A stretch of DNA of 64,000 nucleotides, from positions 137,272 to 201,271 of the forward strand of contig JAVKIH010000002.1 of NCBI GenBank assembly GCA_031459625.1, given 5' to 3'. Origin of the DNA: Candidatus Geohabitans tengchongensis. GTDB taxonomy: Bacteria > Sysuimicrobiota > Sysuimicrobiia > Sysuimicrobiales > Humicultoraceae. The notes beneath the pieces were generated by a model. The model had not been told where the DNA came from and ran no database searches. It was given only the letters and a program-made list of their open reading frames with translations. Both the position numbers and the translations under genes were made by a program. This document shows, in pieces, positions 28,089 to 37,753 of this stretch. Position 1 is the first letter of the stretch, and each line of letters begins with the position of its first letter.

Positions 28089-28730
28089 TCAGGATCCCGG
28101 TGCGGGCGCGGGGGACGCGGCCAGCATCTCCAGGACCTGGTCGGAGGTCACCACCAGACCGCAGTAGTGCGCCCAGACGGCCAGGGCCATCTCGTGCCAG
28201 TCGCGGCGGATGCCGCCGATGCAGTCCGCGACGATGAGGAGGTCGTAGTCGCGCATGTACGCCTCGCGGACGGAGGTGTCGATACAGGCGTTGGTGGTGG
28301 TCCCGGTGACCAGGAGCGTGCGCCGGCCGAGAATGCGCAGCAGCACCTCGAGGCGCGTCCCGTAGAAGACGCTGAACTTGTGCTTCTCGATGACGTGGCT
28401 GCGCCCGTCCAACAGCGGCTTGAGCTCGTCGGCGATCTCCGCATCCCACGTGCCGGGCTGGCAGGCGATCCGGGCCCGCTTCTGGGTATGGGGCTGGATG
28501 CGGTGCAGGGTGCGGGTGCGGTCCTCGGGCAGGTGGTGCTGCACGGTCCAGATGTCGGGGATCGCCCGGGCCTTGCAGGCCTCGATGAGGCGCCGCAACG
28601 GCGGGAGGATGGCCGAGAGCAGTGTGGTGTCCACGCCGCTCAGCCCCAGGGTGCCCTGGGGGTGCAGGAAGGCGTTCTGGGCGTCGATGACCAGCAGCGC
28701 CGTATCGTTTACATCGAGGGTGTAGTCCAT
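28089..28730 (-). CDS. Isochorismatase family cysteine hydrolase (RutB / N-carbamoyl amidase-like)
   Basis: D-K-C triad: IDAQN, EKHKFS, TNACID. Confidence 0.9.
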   Translation of the reverse strand: MDYTLDVNDTALLVIDAQNAFLHPQGTLGLSGVDTTLLSAILPPLRRLIEACKARAIPDIWTVQHHLPEDRTRTLHRIQPHTQKRARIACQPGTWDAEIADELKPLLDGRSHVIEKHKFSVFYGTRLEVLLRILGRRTLLVTGTTTNACIDTSVREAYMRDYDLLIVADCIGGIRRDWHEMALAVWAHYCGLVVTSDQVLEMLAASPAPAPGS

Positions 28731-29971
28731 ACCGGTGCCTCCTCCACGCCGCCGTCCGCCACGGAGAGGGGGGCCACCCGACCTCCCCGCACCACCAGCG
28801 CCCGGCGAGGCAAGCTGACCACCGGACCGTCGGGCGGCCGGCAGTCCAGGACCACCAGATCGGCCCGCCCGCCCGGCCGCACGCCGTAGTCGCCCAGGGC
28901 CAACACCTCGGCAGCGGCGGTGGTGACCATCGTCGTCAGTGCCGCGCGCTCGGCCTCTGTGGTGAGCTGCGCCGCAATGCCCAGGACGAAGGCCGCCAGC
29001 AGCGGATCACCGTTCCCATACGGCAAGAACGCATCCTGCACGTTGTCCGAACCGCAGACCACCTGCACGCCAGCGGCCAGCAGCTCGCGCACCGGGGCGA
29101 TGCCCCGTGGGCCCGAGGGGTCGCCCCGGCCCTGCAGGAAGAGGTTGGTCAGCGGCAGGACCGCCACGGTGATCCGCGCTGTCGCCAGACCCTCGATCAG
29201 GGAGGCGCGCTCGGTGGCGTCGACGCAGGCCAAGGCGGAGCAGTGGCCGGCCACGACGCGACCGGCATAGCCATGGGCCAGGGTCGCCGGGATGAGCGCC
29301 GCCAGGCCAGGGCAGCGCGGCTCCGTGTGTTCGTCCACATGGAGGTCCACCCCCAGCCCGCGAGCCTCCGCCAGCTCGAAGAGGACCTTCAGGACCGGCC
29401 CCGGATCGTCGTCGATGCCGATGCTGGCGCCGAGACTGTCGCATCCCAGGCGGGCGGCCTCGACCAGCAATTCCCGGGTGGGGCGTTCCGGGAGCCCGTG
29501 CCGCGAGGCAAAGGCGACGACCTGCACACGCAGCCGATCACCGTACTCCTCGCGCAACGCCAGCGCCGCCTCGACGCCGAGCAGCCCGACGGCCGGATCC
29601 ACATTCACGTGGGCGCGTAACGCCCCCACGCCCCAAGCCTGGACGGTATCCAGCAATCGGCGGCCCCGGGTCATCAACCCCGGGCGGTCCCTGACCTGGC
29701 GCAGAGCCGCCGTGGCGGTGACAGCGCCGGCCAGGTCGGCAGCCGGCCCGGTGAGGTCCAGCGAGAAAGCCTTGTCCAGGTGCAGGTGCGGTTCGACCAG
29801 CGCCGGCAGCACCCACCGCTGCGCGCCGGACCACTCCCCACGCCCCCGGCCCTCCAGCCGTGGCGCCACCTCCGCGATCCGCTCCCCCACCATGGCGATG
29901 TCGCAGGGCATCGGCCACCCGGGGACGGTGACGTCCCGCAGGATCAGGTCGTAGGCCGCTGCGGAGCTCAC
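28709..29971 (-). CDS. Cytosine/creatinine deaminase-like amidohydrolase
   Basis: EPHLHLDK, RAHV, QVVAF, LHVDE, GHC, GSDNVQD. Confidence 0.88.
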   Translation of the reverse strand: MSSAAAYDLILRDVTVPGWPMPCDIAMVGERIAEVAPRLEGRGRGEWSGAQRWVLPALVEPHLHLDKAFSLDLTGPAADLAGAVTATAALRQVRDRPGLMTRGRRLLDTVQAWGVGALRAHVNVDPAVGLLGVEAALALREEYGDRLRVQVVAFASRHGLPERPTRELLVEAARLGCDSLGASIGIDDDPGPVLKVLFELAEARGLGVDLHVDEHTEPRCPGLAALIPATLAHGYAGRVVAGHCSALACVDATERASLIEGLATARITVAVLPLTNLFLQGRGDPSGPRGIAPVRELLAAGVQVVCGSDNVQDAFLPYGNGDPLLAAFVLGIAAQLTTEAERAALTTMVTTAAAEVLALGDYGVRPGGRADLVVLDCRPPDGPVVSLPRRALVVRGGRVAPLSVADGGVEEAPVWTTPSM

Positions 29972-30885
29972 GGCGGCCACTCCGTGGCCAGGATGCGCGT
30001 GATGCCCAGCCACTGGCTGTACCCCACCGTCCGGGGGGCACGCCCGCCCAGGCCCCTCGCCCACACCACTGGCACCCCCAGCTCGCCGGCGGCAGCCAGG
30101 TCGACGGCCCCCGGCGGCCCGCTGAGGTCGATCAACAGGCACTGCGGGTCCAGGCGGGTCAGCACCTCGCGGGTGAAGAGGCGCGCCGGGGCCGTGTTGA
30201 AGATCACGCACATGTCGCGCGCACGCTCGGCGAGCGCCTCCAGGGGAACCGCGGCGCACCCCATCGCCCAGGCCCGCGCCAGCTGTGCGGGGTTCCTGGC
30301 GGCCACCGTCACGCGTGCGCCGAGCCCGCGCAGCGTAGCCGCCAGCACGGGACCGATCCTGCCGAAGCCCACGACCATGCAGGGGTGTCCGTGCAGGGTG
30401 ACTTCCGTGTGCTCGATGGCCACCCGGATGGCCCCCTCGGCAATGGCGGGGGCGCGCAGCAACATCAGGTCCTCCTCCTGCTCGTACTCGCGGAGGCGCA
30501 GGTGCAGCGCCTGCGCAGCCTCGGCCATCTGCGGGCTGGCACGGCCGGTGATGAGGACGGCCCCGGGACGCACGCCCCGCAGGGTGGCCGTGTTCACCAC
30601 CAGCGGGTCGGGGGCGTGGGGGGCGAAGAGACTCCCGTCCGCCGCGGGCAGGGGGACCGGGCAGATCACCACGTCGGCGTCCCGTACGGCTTCCGCCACC
30701 GTCGAGGCGGGAGTTCCGGGCACGTCGCCGGTGACAGGCAGCCCGCAGGTCCGGACGACGGCCCCGGCCCGCGCAGCCTGGCGGGCGATCTCCACCTCGC
30801 GGCCGTCCCCGCCCAGCACGGCCACGGTGCGGCCGCGCAGGTCCAGATCGGGTACCGCCCCCACGACCACGGCGTCCCCGTTCAC
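29968..30885 (-). CDS. Dipicolinate synthase subunit A (DpsA/SpoVFA)-like NAD-binding protein
   Basis: VAVLGGDGRE, AEGAI..AIEHT..TLHG, VGFGRIG, FNTAP, IDL..PPG.VD, GL.GR.AP.T.G. Confidence 0.78.
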   Translation of the reverse strand: MNGDAVVVGAVPDLDLRGRTVAVLGGDGREVEIARQAARAGAVVRTCGLPVTGDVPGTPASTVAEAVRDADVVICPVPLPAADGSLFAPHAPDPLVVNTATLRGVRPGAVLITGRASPQMAEAAQALHLRLREYEQEEDLMLLRAPAIAEGAIRVAIEHTEVTLHGHPCMVVGFGRIGPVLAATLRGLGARVTVAARNPAQLARAWAMGCAAVPLEALAERARDMCVIFNTAPARLFTREVLTRLDPQCLLIDLSGPPGAVDLAAAGELGVPVVWARGLGGRAPRTVGYSQWLGITRILATEWPP

Positions 30886-32006
30886 GGCCGGTCCCCCGGC
30901 ACCATCTGCCACAGCCGGCCCACGTCGTACTGGCAGGTCGCCACCTCGCACCCCGTTGCGGTCACGATCACGGTCTCCTCCAGCTGCATGCCCAGGGCCG
31001 GGAGGGTGACCAGCGGCTCGATGGCCAGCACCATTCCCTCCTCCAGGGTCGTGTCGGCGTAGCGGTTGAGGTAAGGCTCCTCGTGCAGGGTCAGGCCGAG
31101 GCCGTGGCCCAGGAAGTGCAGCGTCGGCAGCCTCCAGGCGTCCATCTTCTCGATGTACGCTCGGAAGATGGCGCGCGTGCTGGCGCCCGGGCGGATCAGG
31201 TCCAGGGCCAGGTGGCGGCACTCCACCAGCCGCCCCCAGAGCGCCTCCTGCTCCGGGGTCGGAGGGCCCACCACGGCCGTCCGGGCCACGTCGCACACGT
31301 AGTGCTGGACCGTCCCGATGACGTCGATGCGCACCACCTCCCCCGGCCGAATCTCCCGGCGGGTGGGCGGCCCGTTGAGCATGGGGGTACGCTCGCCCGC
31401 GGTCACGCTGAGCATGGTCAGGTTCTCTCCACCGGCCGCGCTGAAGGCGTCGGCGATGCGCCGGCCCAGGTCGGCCTCGGTCATCCCCGGCCACCACGTC
31501 TGCAGCCCGGCATGGGCCGCCTGCTCCGCCACCTGCGCGGCACGGCGCAACCGGGCCAGCTCCTCGGGGGTCTTGACCATCCGCAGGGCGGCCAGCACCT
31601 CGTCGACAGGGACGAGGTGGGCCACGCCGTCCAGCGCCTGCTCCAGGAGGCGGTAGTCGGCGTAGTTCAGGTAGGCTGCCTCGACGCCCACCGCCCCGCG
31701 CAGGCCCCGGGCCCGAATCGCCTCCGCCAGCACCAGCACCGGCCGCTGGGTGAACTCGTTGTAGGCGGTCACCCGGGCCACGTCCGCGTGGGCCCGGGCG
31801 AAGCCCTCCTCGACGTCCACGACGAACAGCTCCGCCTCGCCTTCGCCGGGCACCAGGGCGATGGCGTGACGGTGGCGGACCGTCCGCTGGGAGGGGATCA
31901 GGGCGCCGGTGGTCCAGCAGACGTTTTCGGGGGCCACGATCACCATGGCCGCCAGCCCCAGGCGCGCCATGGCCTCGCGCTGGCGCCGGCGGATCTCCTC
32001 AGGCAT
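30882..32006 (-). CDS. M24 family Xaa-Pro peptidase-like hydrolase
   Basis: RMVKTPEE, D...DVART, GHGLGL..HEEP, IEP, LEE metal ligands. Confidence 0.88.
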   Translation of the reverse strand: MPEEIRRRQREAMARLGLAAMVIVAPENVCWTTGALIPSQRTVRHRHAIALVPGEGEAELFVVDVEEGFARAHADVARVTAYNEFTQRPVLVLAEAIRARGLRGAVGVEAAYLNYADYRLLEQALDGVAHLVPVDEVLAALRMVKTPEELARLRRAAQVAEQAAHAGLQTWWPGMTEADLGRRIADAFSAAGGENLTMLSVTAGERTPMLNGPPTRREIRPGEVVRIDVIGTVQHYVCDVARTAVVGPPTPEQEALWGRLVECRHLALDLIRPGASTRAIFRAYIEKMDAWRLPTLHFLGHGLGLTLHEEPYLNRYADTTLEEGMVLAIEPLVTLPALGMQLEETVIVTATGCEVATCQYDVGRLWQMVPGDRP

Positions 32007-32062
32007 CGCCCATCCCCTCCGCCTCCCCGCCTCCCGGCCGGCCGGTAGCCAGCGCGCCCCGG

Positions 32063-33514
32063 TCAGTCATAGGCCGTGCTAACCGTGGGGGTGACCCCCG
32101 GGCGGATGCCGGCGCGTTCCACCACCCGACGGGCGTGCTCCCGCGCCAGGGCGTAGACCTCGTGCTCGTCCACCGTGAGGACCCGGCGGTCGCGCATGAC
32201 CACCCGGCCGTCGATGATCACGGTGTGGACGGAGCTCACGCTGGCCGAATAGACCAGGGTCTGGATGGGGTCGCCGTAGGGGACCCAGTCGCACGCTTCG
32301 AGGGTGAAGAGCACCAGGTCGGCCCGCTTGCCCACCTCCACGGAGCCGATCTCATCATCCCACAGCAGGGCGCGGGCTCCGTCGATGGTGGCCATGCGTA
32401 GCGCCTGCCGCGCGCCGATGAGCGTGGGATCCATCCGGGCGTCCTTGAAGAGGCCGGCCGCCAGGTACATCTGGCGCATCATGTCCAGCGAGCCCGCCGC
32501 CGAGGGACCATCGCAGCCCAGGGCCACGGTGATCCCGGCCTGGAGCATCTCCGGGTACTTCCCGATGCGGGTGGCGCCCTTGGCCAGCTTGAGCGCGGTG
32601 CCCGGACAGAAGGCCACCTTGGTGCCGGCCTCGGCCAGGTAGGCGATCTCCTCGCTCCGCACGGCCACCACGTGGGCCAGAACCAGGTTGTCCTGCAGGG
32701 CGCCCCACTCGTGCAGCAGCGTGACCGGCCACTTCCCGGTCCGGCGCTCGCTGGCCTGCGCCTCCTCGATGGACGACGCGATGTGGTAGGTCGTCCCCAC
32801 GCCGAGGCGTCGAGCCAGCGCCGGTGCTCCCGCATGGAGCTCCGGGGAGCAGGGCTCCTTCCCCTCGATGTTCACCCACACCCGGATGCGCCCCCCGCCG
32901 CTTCCGTGGTACTGCCGCACGCAGCGCTCCAGCTCGCCCAGCGCGGCCTCGGCACTGGGGAAGAAGTGGCGCTCGACCATCTCGGGAGTCCAGTGGGGCG
33001 GCAGCCGCTCAGGCAGGCGGTCGGCGGCGTGGCGCCCGGTCACCGCCCGCACGCCCACCCGCTCCAGGGCCCGTACGACGGCCCCCACGTCGCTCTGTGC
33101 CCCCATGTCCAGGGCGCAGGTGGTTCCGGTCTTGATCATCTCGATGCCGGCCAGCAGGGTGGCGACGTACTCGTCCTCGGCCCGCATGGCCGCGTAGACC
33201 GGCTTGGCCCAGTTGAAAACCCACGGGCGGGTCGACAGGGTGTCGACGAAGACGCCCCGGACCAGCTGCTCGGAGAAGTGGAGGTGGGCGTCGACCAGTC
33301 CGGGCATCACCAGGCGCCCGCGCCCGGGGATCACCTCGTCGAACGGCGTCTCGCCGTAGCGACGGTCGATCTCCTCCGTGGGGCCCAGGGCGGCGATCCG
33401 GCCGTCCTCCACCACGATGGAGTGCGCGGTGAGGACGCGGTCCTGGGGATCGACGGTGAGGACCACGTCGGCGTCGCGGATCAGCAGGCGTGCCATGGCT
33501 ATGCCCGGCCTCAT
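32063..33514 (-). CDS. Amidohydrolase, MtaD/AtzA/TrzA-like
   Basis: PGLVDAHLH, GTT, LAH, LGCDG, GSVEVGKRADL; ATGA overlap. Confidence 0.88.
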   Translation of the reverse strand: MRPGIAMARLLIRDADVVLTVDPQDRVLTAHSIVVEDGRIAALGPTEEIDRRYGETPFDEVIPGRGRLVMPGLVDAHLHFSEQLVRGVFVDTLSTRPWVFNWAKPVYAAMRAEDEYVATLLAGIEMIKTGTTCALDMGAQSDVGAVVRALERVGVRAVTGRHAADRLPERLPPHWTPEMVERHFFPSAEAALGELERCVRQYHGSGGGRIRVWVNIEGKEPCSPELHAGAPALARRLGVGTTYHIASSIEEAQASERRTGKWPVTLLHEWGALQDNLVLAHVVAVRSEEIAYLAEAGTKVAFCPGTALKLAKGATRIGKYPEMLQAGITVALGCDGPSAAGSLDMMRQMYLAAGLFKDARMDPTLIGARQALRMATIDGARALLWDDEIGSVEVGKRADLVLFTLEACDWVPYGDPIQTLVYSASVSSVHTVIIDGRVVMRDRRVLTVDEHEVYALAREHARRVVERAGIRPGVTPTVSTAYD

Positions 33515-33903
33515 GCGGGGCCTTCGTCCCGCCACCGATCGTGCAGCTCGATGCGCGTCCCGTCGGGGTCGACGACGTAGATCGAGGTCCCGTACGCGGC
33601 GGTGGTCACCGGCCCCTCGGAGGGCAGCCCGGCCCGGAGGAGTCGCGCCCGCAGCGCGTCGAGGTCCCGGACGCGGAAGGCGATGTGGTCCACCAACCCC
33701 GGCCCGGCGGGGATGCCGGCCGGGCGGGCCGTCAGGCCGAGCCCCTGCTGCAGGACGACGAGGGGCCGGCCGTCGCGCAGCGTCCCGCGGTCCCGCACGG
33801 TGAAGCCCAGCACGTCGACGAAGAACCGCTCCGCCGCAGCCAGGTCCCCGACCTGCAGCAGCACGTGGCTGAGCCCCTCGGGACGAGAGGGCGCGGCCAC
33901 CAC
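33511..33903 (-). CDS. VOC/glyoxalase family protein
   Basis: LSHVLL.V.DL...ERFF..VLG, DHIAF.V, YVVDPDG..IEL. Confidence 0.85.
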   Translation of the reverse strand: MVAAPSRPEGLSHVLLQVGDLAAAERFFVDVLGFTVRDRGTLRDGRPLVVLQQGLGLTARPAGIPAGPGLVDHIAFRVRDLDALRARLLRAGLPSEGPVTTAAYGTSIYVVDPDGTRIELHDRWRDEGPA

Positions 33904-34095
33904 CTACCGCTCCCGGTCCGACCCCAGGACCCCCGCCCGGGCCCAGTTGTGCCTGGGGACCTCGTGGATGATCACGTGGAGGTGATCCGCGCTGGCGCCA
34001 GCGTGGCGGACCATTGCCTCGGTGATCGCCGCCACGAGGCGGCGCTTCTGTTCCAGCGTCCGTCCTTCCCACATCTCCACCGTCACGACGGGCAC
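33904..34095 (-). CDS. 4-oxalocrotonate tautomerase family protein
   Basis: Pro-1 after Met, EGRTLEQKRRLV..ITEA, W...G; 63 aa. Confidence 0.9.
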   Translation of the reverse strand: MPVVTVEMWEGRTLEQKRRLVAAITEAMVRHAGASADHLHVIIHEVPRHNWARAGVLGSDRER

Positions 34096-34946
34096 GGCGT
34101 CACCCCCTTCTCGTCAGTGTGCTCGCGCACTCGGCCGGCCCCCCGGCCGCGGCCGGCCTCACCGGGCGGGCCCAGGAGGCCCTGGCTGCGGAACAGGTCG
34201 CGGATCCTCCGCACGGCGCTGTGGAAGGCGTCCTCCTCCCGCAGTGCGGGGGTCCGCGGCCGCCCCAGCGGGACCTCGACGGACTGGACCACGCGCCCGG
34301 GGCGCGGCGACATCACCACCACCCGGTCGGCCAGCAGGACCGCCTCCTCGATGGCATGGGTAACGAAGACCACGGTGTTCTGCCGGTCCTGCCACAACCC
34401 GAGGAGGTACGTCCCCAGTTCTTCGCGCGTAAAGGCGTCCAGCGCGGCAAAGGGTTCGTCCATGAGCAGGAGGGGCGGGTCGTGGATGAGGGCCCGGCAG
34501 AGGGCCACCCGCTGGCGCATGCCGCCGGAGAGCTCGTGCGGGTACCGGTGCTCGAACCCGGCCAGGCCCACGCGCTGCAGGAGCTGGCGGGCACGGTCGA
34601 CGGCGGCGGCGCGGGAGAGGTTCTTGATCTCCGCGGGCAGGAGGACGTTGCCCAGGACGGTGCGCCACTCCAGCAAGGCGTCCCGCTGGAACACGACGCC
34701 CACGTCCGTGTAGGGGCGCGTCCGCACCTGGCCGTCGACGGCGATGGTCCCGCCGGTGGGAGGGATGAGCCCGGCGATCATCAGGAGCAACGTGCTCTTG
34801 CCGCACCCGCTGGGCCCGACCAACGCGACGAACTCTCCCGGCCGGACCGCCAGGCTCACCCCCTCGACGGCCAGGATATCCGCCCCGCGGGCGCGGTACC
34901 GCTTGGACACCCGCTCCAGGGCGATGCCGACGGCCTGTTGTGTCAT
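34083..34946 (-). CDS. ABC transporter ATP-binding protein (TauB/SsuB/NitT type)
   Basis: GPSGCGKST, LSGGMRQR, DEPFAALD, SPRPGR. Confidence 0.92.
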   Translation of the reverse strand: MTQQAVGIALERVSKRYRARGADILAVEGVSLAVRPGEFVALVGPSGCGKSTLLLMIAGLIPPTGGTIAVDGQVRTRPYTDVGVVFQRDALLEWRTVLGNVLLPAEIKNLSRAAAVDRARQLLQRVGLAGFEHRYPHELSGGMRQRVALCRALIHDPPLLLMDEPFAALDAFTREELGTYLLGLWQDRQNTVVFVTHAIEEAVLLADRVVVMSPRPGRVVQSVEVPLGRPRTPALREEDAFHSAVRRIRDLFRSQGLLGPPGEAGRGRGAGRVREHTDEKGVTPCPS

Positions 34947-34985
34947 GCCCAGTCCGGGACGCGTCTGGCCACGGGCGGCTACCCC

Positions 34986-35054
34986 TCACGCCCTCACGAA
35001 CCGGTTGGTGCAGGAGTCTCCAGCGGCAGATACCGAGCCACCCTTCACCCCCAT
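34986..35054 (-). pseudogene. 22-aa mini-ORF, possible deletion remnant of a second substrate-binding protein
   Basis: TGATG-coupled ORF MGVKGGSVSAAGDSCTNRFVRA ends like the neighbouring SBP (EYFTNRFVGD). Confidence 0.4.
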
Positions 35055-35869
35055 CACAGCGTCTCCCGGGCAGCCTCCAGCTGCTCCTCCCCCGGCCGCC
35101 AGCGGACCACCAGCCGTTCCAACACGCCGACGGCGTAGAAGAGCACGATGCCCAACGCCGACAGGACCGCGATGGTCGCAAAGAGCATCACCGTATCCAG
35201 ATTGCTGTTGGCCTGGAGCTGGATGTACCCCAGCCCTTCGTTGGCGGCGATGTACTCCCCCACGATGGCGCCGACGACCGCGAGCGTAATGGCCACCTTC
35301 AGGCCCCCGAAGATGCTTGGCAGGGCCCGGGGGAGCCTCACCTTGAGGAAAACCTGCAGGGGGGTCGCCCCCAGGGACTGCGCCAGGTAGATGGTCTCGG
35401 GTTCCACCGAGCGCATCCCGATAACGGTGTTCACGACGATGGGGAAGAAGGCGATGAGGAAGGCGACCGCCACTTTGGAGAGCAGCCCGAACCCGAACCA
35501 GAGTACGAACAGCGGGGCCAGGGCGGTCTTGGGAATCGTCTGGAAAGCCACGATCACCGTGTAGCTCACCCGTTCGAAGACGCGCGAGTACACGATGCCG
35601 ATGGCCACGGGGATGCCGACCAGGGTACTGGCGAGGAAGCCCAGCAGGATTTCCTGTGTCGTGGGCAGGGCATGGCGCAGGAAGAGGTCGTGGCGACTGA
35701 CCAGCATCCCCGCCACCGCGGACGGCCGCGGGAGGACGAAGGCCGGCACCTGCAGGGCCCGGACACCCGCTTCCCACAGGAGCACACCGGCCAGCAGGAC
35801 CCCCAGGGACGGACCGTGGGTCTGGAGCAGCCGCCCCGTGCTCTTCCCGACCCCGAGCCCGCGAGCCAC
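35054..35869 (-). CDS. ABC transporter permease (TauC/SsuC type)
   Basis: QTIPKTALAP, FFPIVVNT, LPSIFGGLK, GE.I....GLG; start uncertain. Confidence 0.88.
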   Translation of the reverse strand: MARGLGVGKSTGRLLQTHGPSLGVLLAGVLLWEAGVRALQVPAFVLPRPSAVAGMLVSRHDLFLRHALPTTQEILLGFLASTLVGIPVAIGIVYSRVFERVSYTVIVAFQTIPKTALAPLFVLWFGFGLLSKVAVAFLIAFFPIVVNTVIGMRSVEPETIYLAQSLGATPLQVFLKVRLPRALPSIFGGLKVAITLAVVGAIVGEYIAANEGLGYIQLQANSNLDTVMLFATIAVLSALGIVLFYAVGVLERLVVRWRPGEEQLEAARETL

Positions 35870-35886
35870 TGGTTGCCCCGCGGATC

Positions 35887-36897
35887 TCAGTCGCCGACGA
35901 AGCGGTTCGTGAAGTACTCCGTGGGCGCCTTCACCTTCTGCAGCAGCCCCCCGCGCGCCAGGATCTCCACGGTCTTCCGCCACTCGTCCATGGAGTTCCA
36001 GCCCAGCGGCCGGCCTGCCACAGCGCGTGTCCGCACCAGCTCCAAGGTGAAGCTGATCTGCAGCGGTGTCGTCTCACGATCGAGGGCGTCCGGGAAGAGC
36101 CTCACCAGGATGTCGGAGGCCTCCACGGGGTGGCGCAGCGTGTACTCAAAGCCCTCGTTGGTCCCGGCCACCACGGCCCTGACTGTCTGCGGGTTCTGCT
36201 CCGCAAATCGCAGGCTGGTAACCAGTCCGTGGCCCAGGATGTTAAACCCGTGGTCGGCGACCCAGAGGAGGTTCAGGCGGCGCCCCGCCCGGACCTCCAC
36301 GACCGGGACCTCGTTGGTGTAGAACGCCGACAGGACATCCAGGCGGCCCTGGAGGAACTGGGCCAGCCGGGCGCTGGGATCCAGGTTCACCAGCCGGACC
36401 TTGGACTCGTCGATGCCGTTAGCCCGGGCAAATGCCGGCCAGATCCGCTGGAAGGTATCCGCGGGCGAGGTGCCCACGCTTTTGCCCTCCAGGTCCCGCG
36501 GGGAGGCCAGGGGGCCAAACGACGCCAGGACCATGGGGCTCTTGCGAATGTAATTGGCCACCATGACGATCGGCATGTCCTGGGACACGCCCTGAGCCGT
36601 CTCGATGGCCCCCACGTAGGCGAACTCGTCGTTGCCATTGGCCAGCGCGGTCAGCGTGGGGCCGGCACCCGCCCCCTCGAGCACCCGCACGGAGACCCCG
36701 CGCTTGGTGTAGAAGCCCTTCTGCACAGCGACGAAGAGGGGCGCGAACTCCCCCTTGATCTTCCAGCTCAGGCGGATCGTCACCGTCGGTCGCGTCTGCG
36801 CCACGCTCGCGGCCGGGACGAACATGCCGCTCAGGAGGACCGTCACGACCGCCGCCAACCAAACCTTCCCCCACCGTGCCCTTCCTCGCCCTCGCAT
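35887..36897 (-). CDS. ABC transporter substrate-binding protein, NMT1/THI5-like
   Basis: Signal peptide, LSW, VAVQKGFY..RG..V, DLEGKSVG, EYFTNRFV. Confidence 0.88.
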   Translation of the reverse strand: MRGRGRARWGKVWLAAVVTVLLSGMFVPAASVAQTRPTVTIRLSWKIKGEFAPLFVAVQKGFYTKRGVSVRVLEGAGAGPTLTALANGNDEFAYVGAIETAQGVSQDMPIVMVANYIRKSPMVLASFGPLASPRDLEGKSVGTSPADTFQRIWPAFARANGIDESKVRLVNLDPSARLAQFLQGRLDVLSAFYTNEVPVVEVRAGRRLNLLWVADHGFNILGHGLVTSLRFAEQNPQTVRAVVAGTNEGFEYTLRHPVEASDILVRLFPDALDRETTPLQISFTLELVRTRAVAGRPLGWNSMDEWRKTVEILARGGLLQKVKAPTEYFTNRFVGD

Positions 36898-36926
36898 GGC
36901 CCACCCCCTCTGCTCCGCCGGGCCGT

Positions 36927-37742
36927 CTACCCCGACAGAGAGTCTCGGCCTCCGTCCGCCTCCCCGGTCATCGGCCCCTCGGTCCCCACGGACCGGTCCG
37001 CCGGCCCGTCTCCGCTGGCGCGCAGGGCCCGCACCGACGCCATCGTGGACTGCAGGTGTCTGGACATGCGCTCGGCCGCCTCCGTTGCGTTGCCGGCCTT
37101 GATCGCCTCGAGGATCAGACGGTGCTGCTCCACCGACTGCAGGGCGCGACCCGGGAGTGCCATCACCGCCCGCCGGTCGGCGAAGACGTAGTTGATCGAG
37201 CGCGAGAGGTAGACCAGGTAGGGGTTGCCGCCCAGGTCGGCGATGAGGCCGTGAAAGGCCAGGTCGATCTGCTCCAGGGCGACGATGTCCCGGCTGCGGG
37301 CGGCGACGGCCATCTCGGCCACGTTGGCCTCCAGTGCCGAGAGGTGCCGCCCCGCGTCCCCGGAGGCGTTGGCCACAGCCCGGGCGGCCAGGGCCGCCGC
37401 CTTCGTCTCCAGGACCTCTCTGACCTCAAGCAGAGCCAGGACATCGTCGCGGTGCGACTCCAGCCAGGGCAACCAGGCGGCCGGATCGCCGGCTCCGTCA
37501 GCGGTCGGTGACGCGACAACTGTCCCCCGCCCCTGGCGGACGTCGACCAGCCCGAGGGCCGACAGGATCTGGATCGCCTCCCGAACGGTGGATTGGCTCA
37601 CGCCAAATCGGAGCGCCAGTTCCCTGACGGAAGGCAAGTGGGCCCCCGGACCCAGGCGGCCTTGGTGAATCAGCTCGCGGATCTGCTCGACCACCTGCTG
37701 CGCGGTGGTCTGCAGACGCACCGGGCGAAAGTCAACACTCAT
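36927..37742 (-). CDS. GntR family regulator, FadR subfamily
   Basis: LPS.RELA..FGVS.STVREA, G.GT.V, FCD domain (D.AFH, H..I..AI). Confidence 0.92.
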   Translation of the reverse strand: MSVDFRPVRLQTTAQQVVEQIRELIHQGRLGPGAHLPSVRELALRFGVSQSTVREAIQILSALGLVDVRQGRGTVVASPTADGAGDPAAWLPWLESHRDDVLALLEVREVLETKAAALAARAVANASGDAGRHLSALEANVAEMAVAARSRDIVALEQIDLAFHGLIADLGGNPYLVYLSRSINYVFADRRAVMALPGRALQSVEQHRLILEAIKAGNATEAAERMSRHLQSTMASVRALRASGDGPADRSVGTEGPMTGEADGGRDSLSG

Positions 37743-37753
37743 CCGTTTACCCG

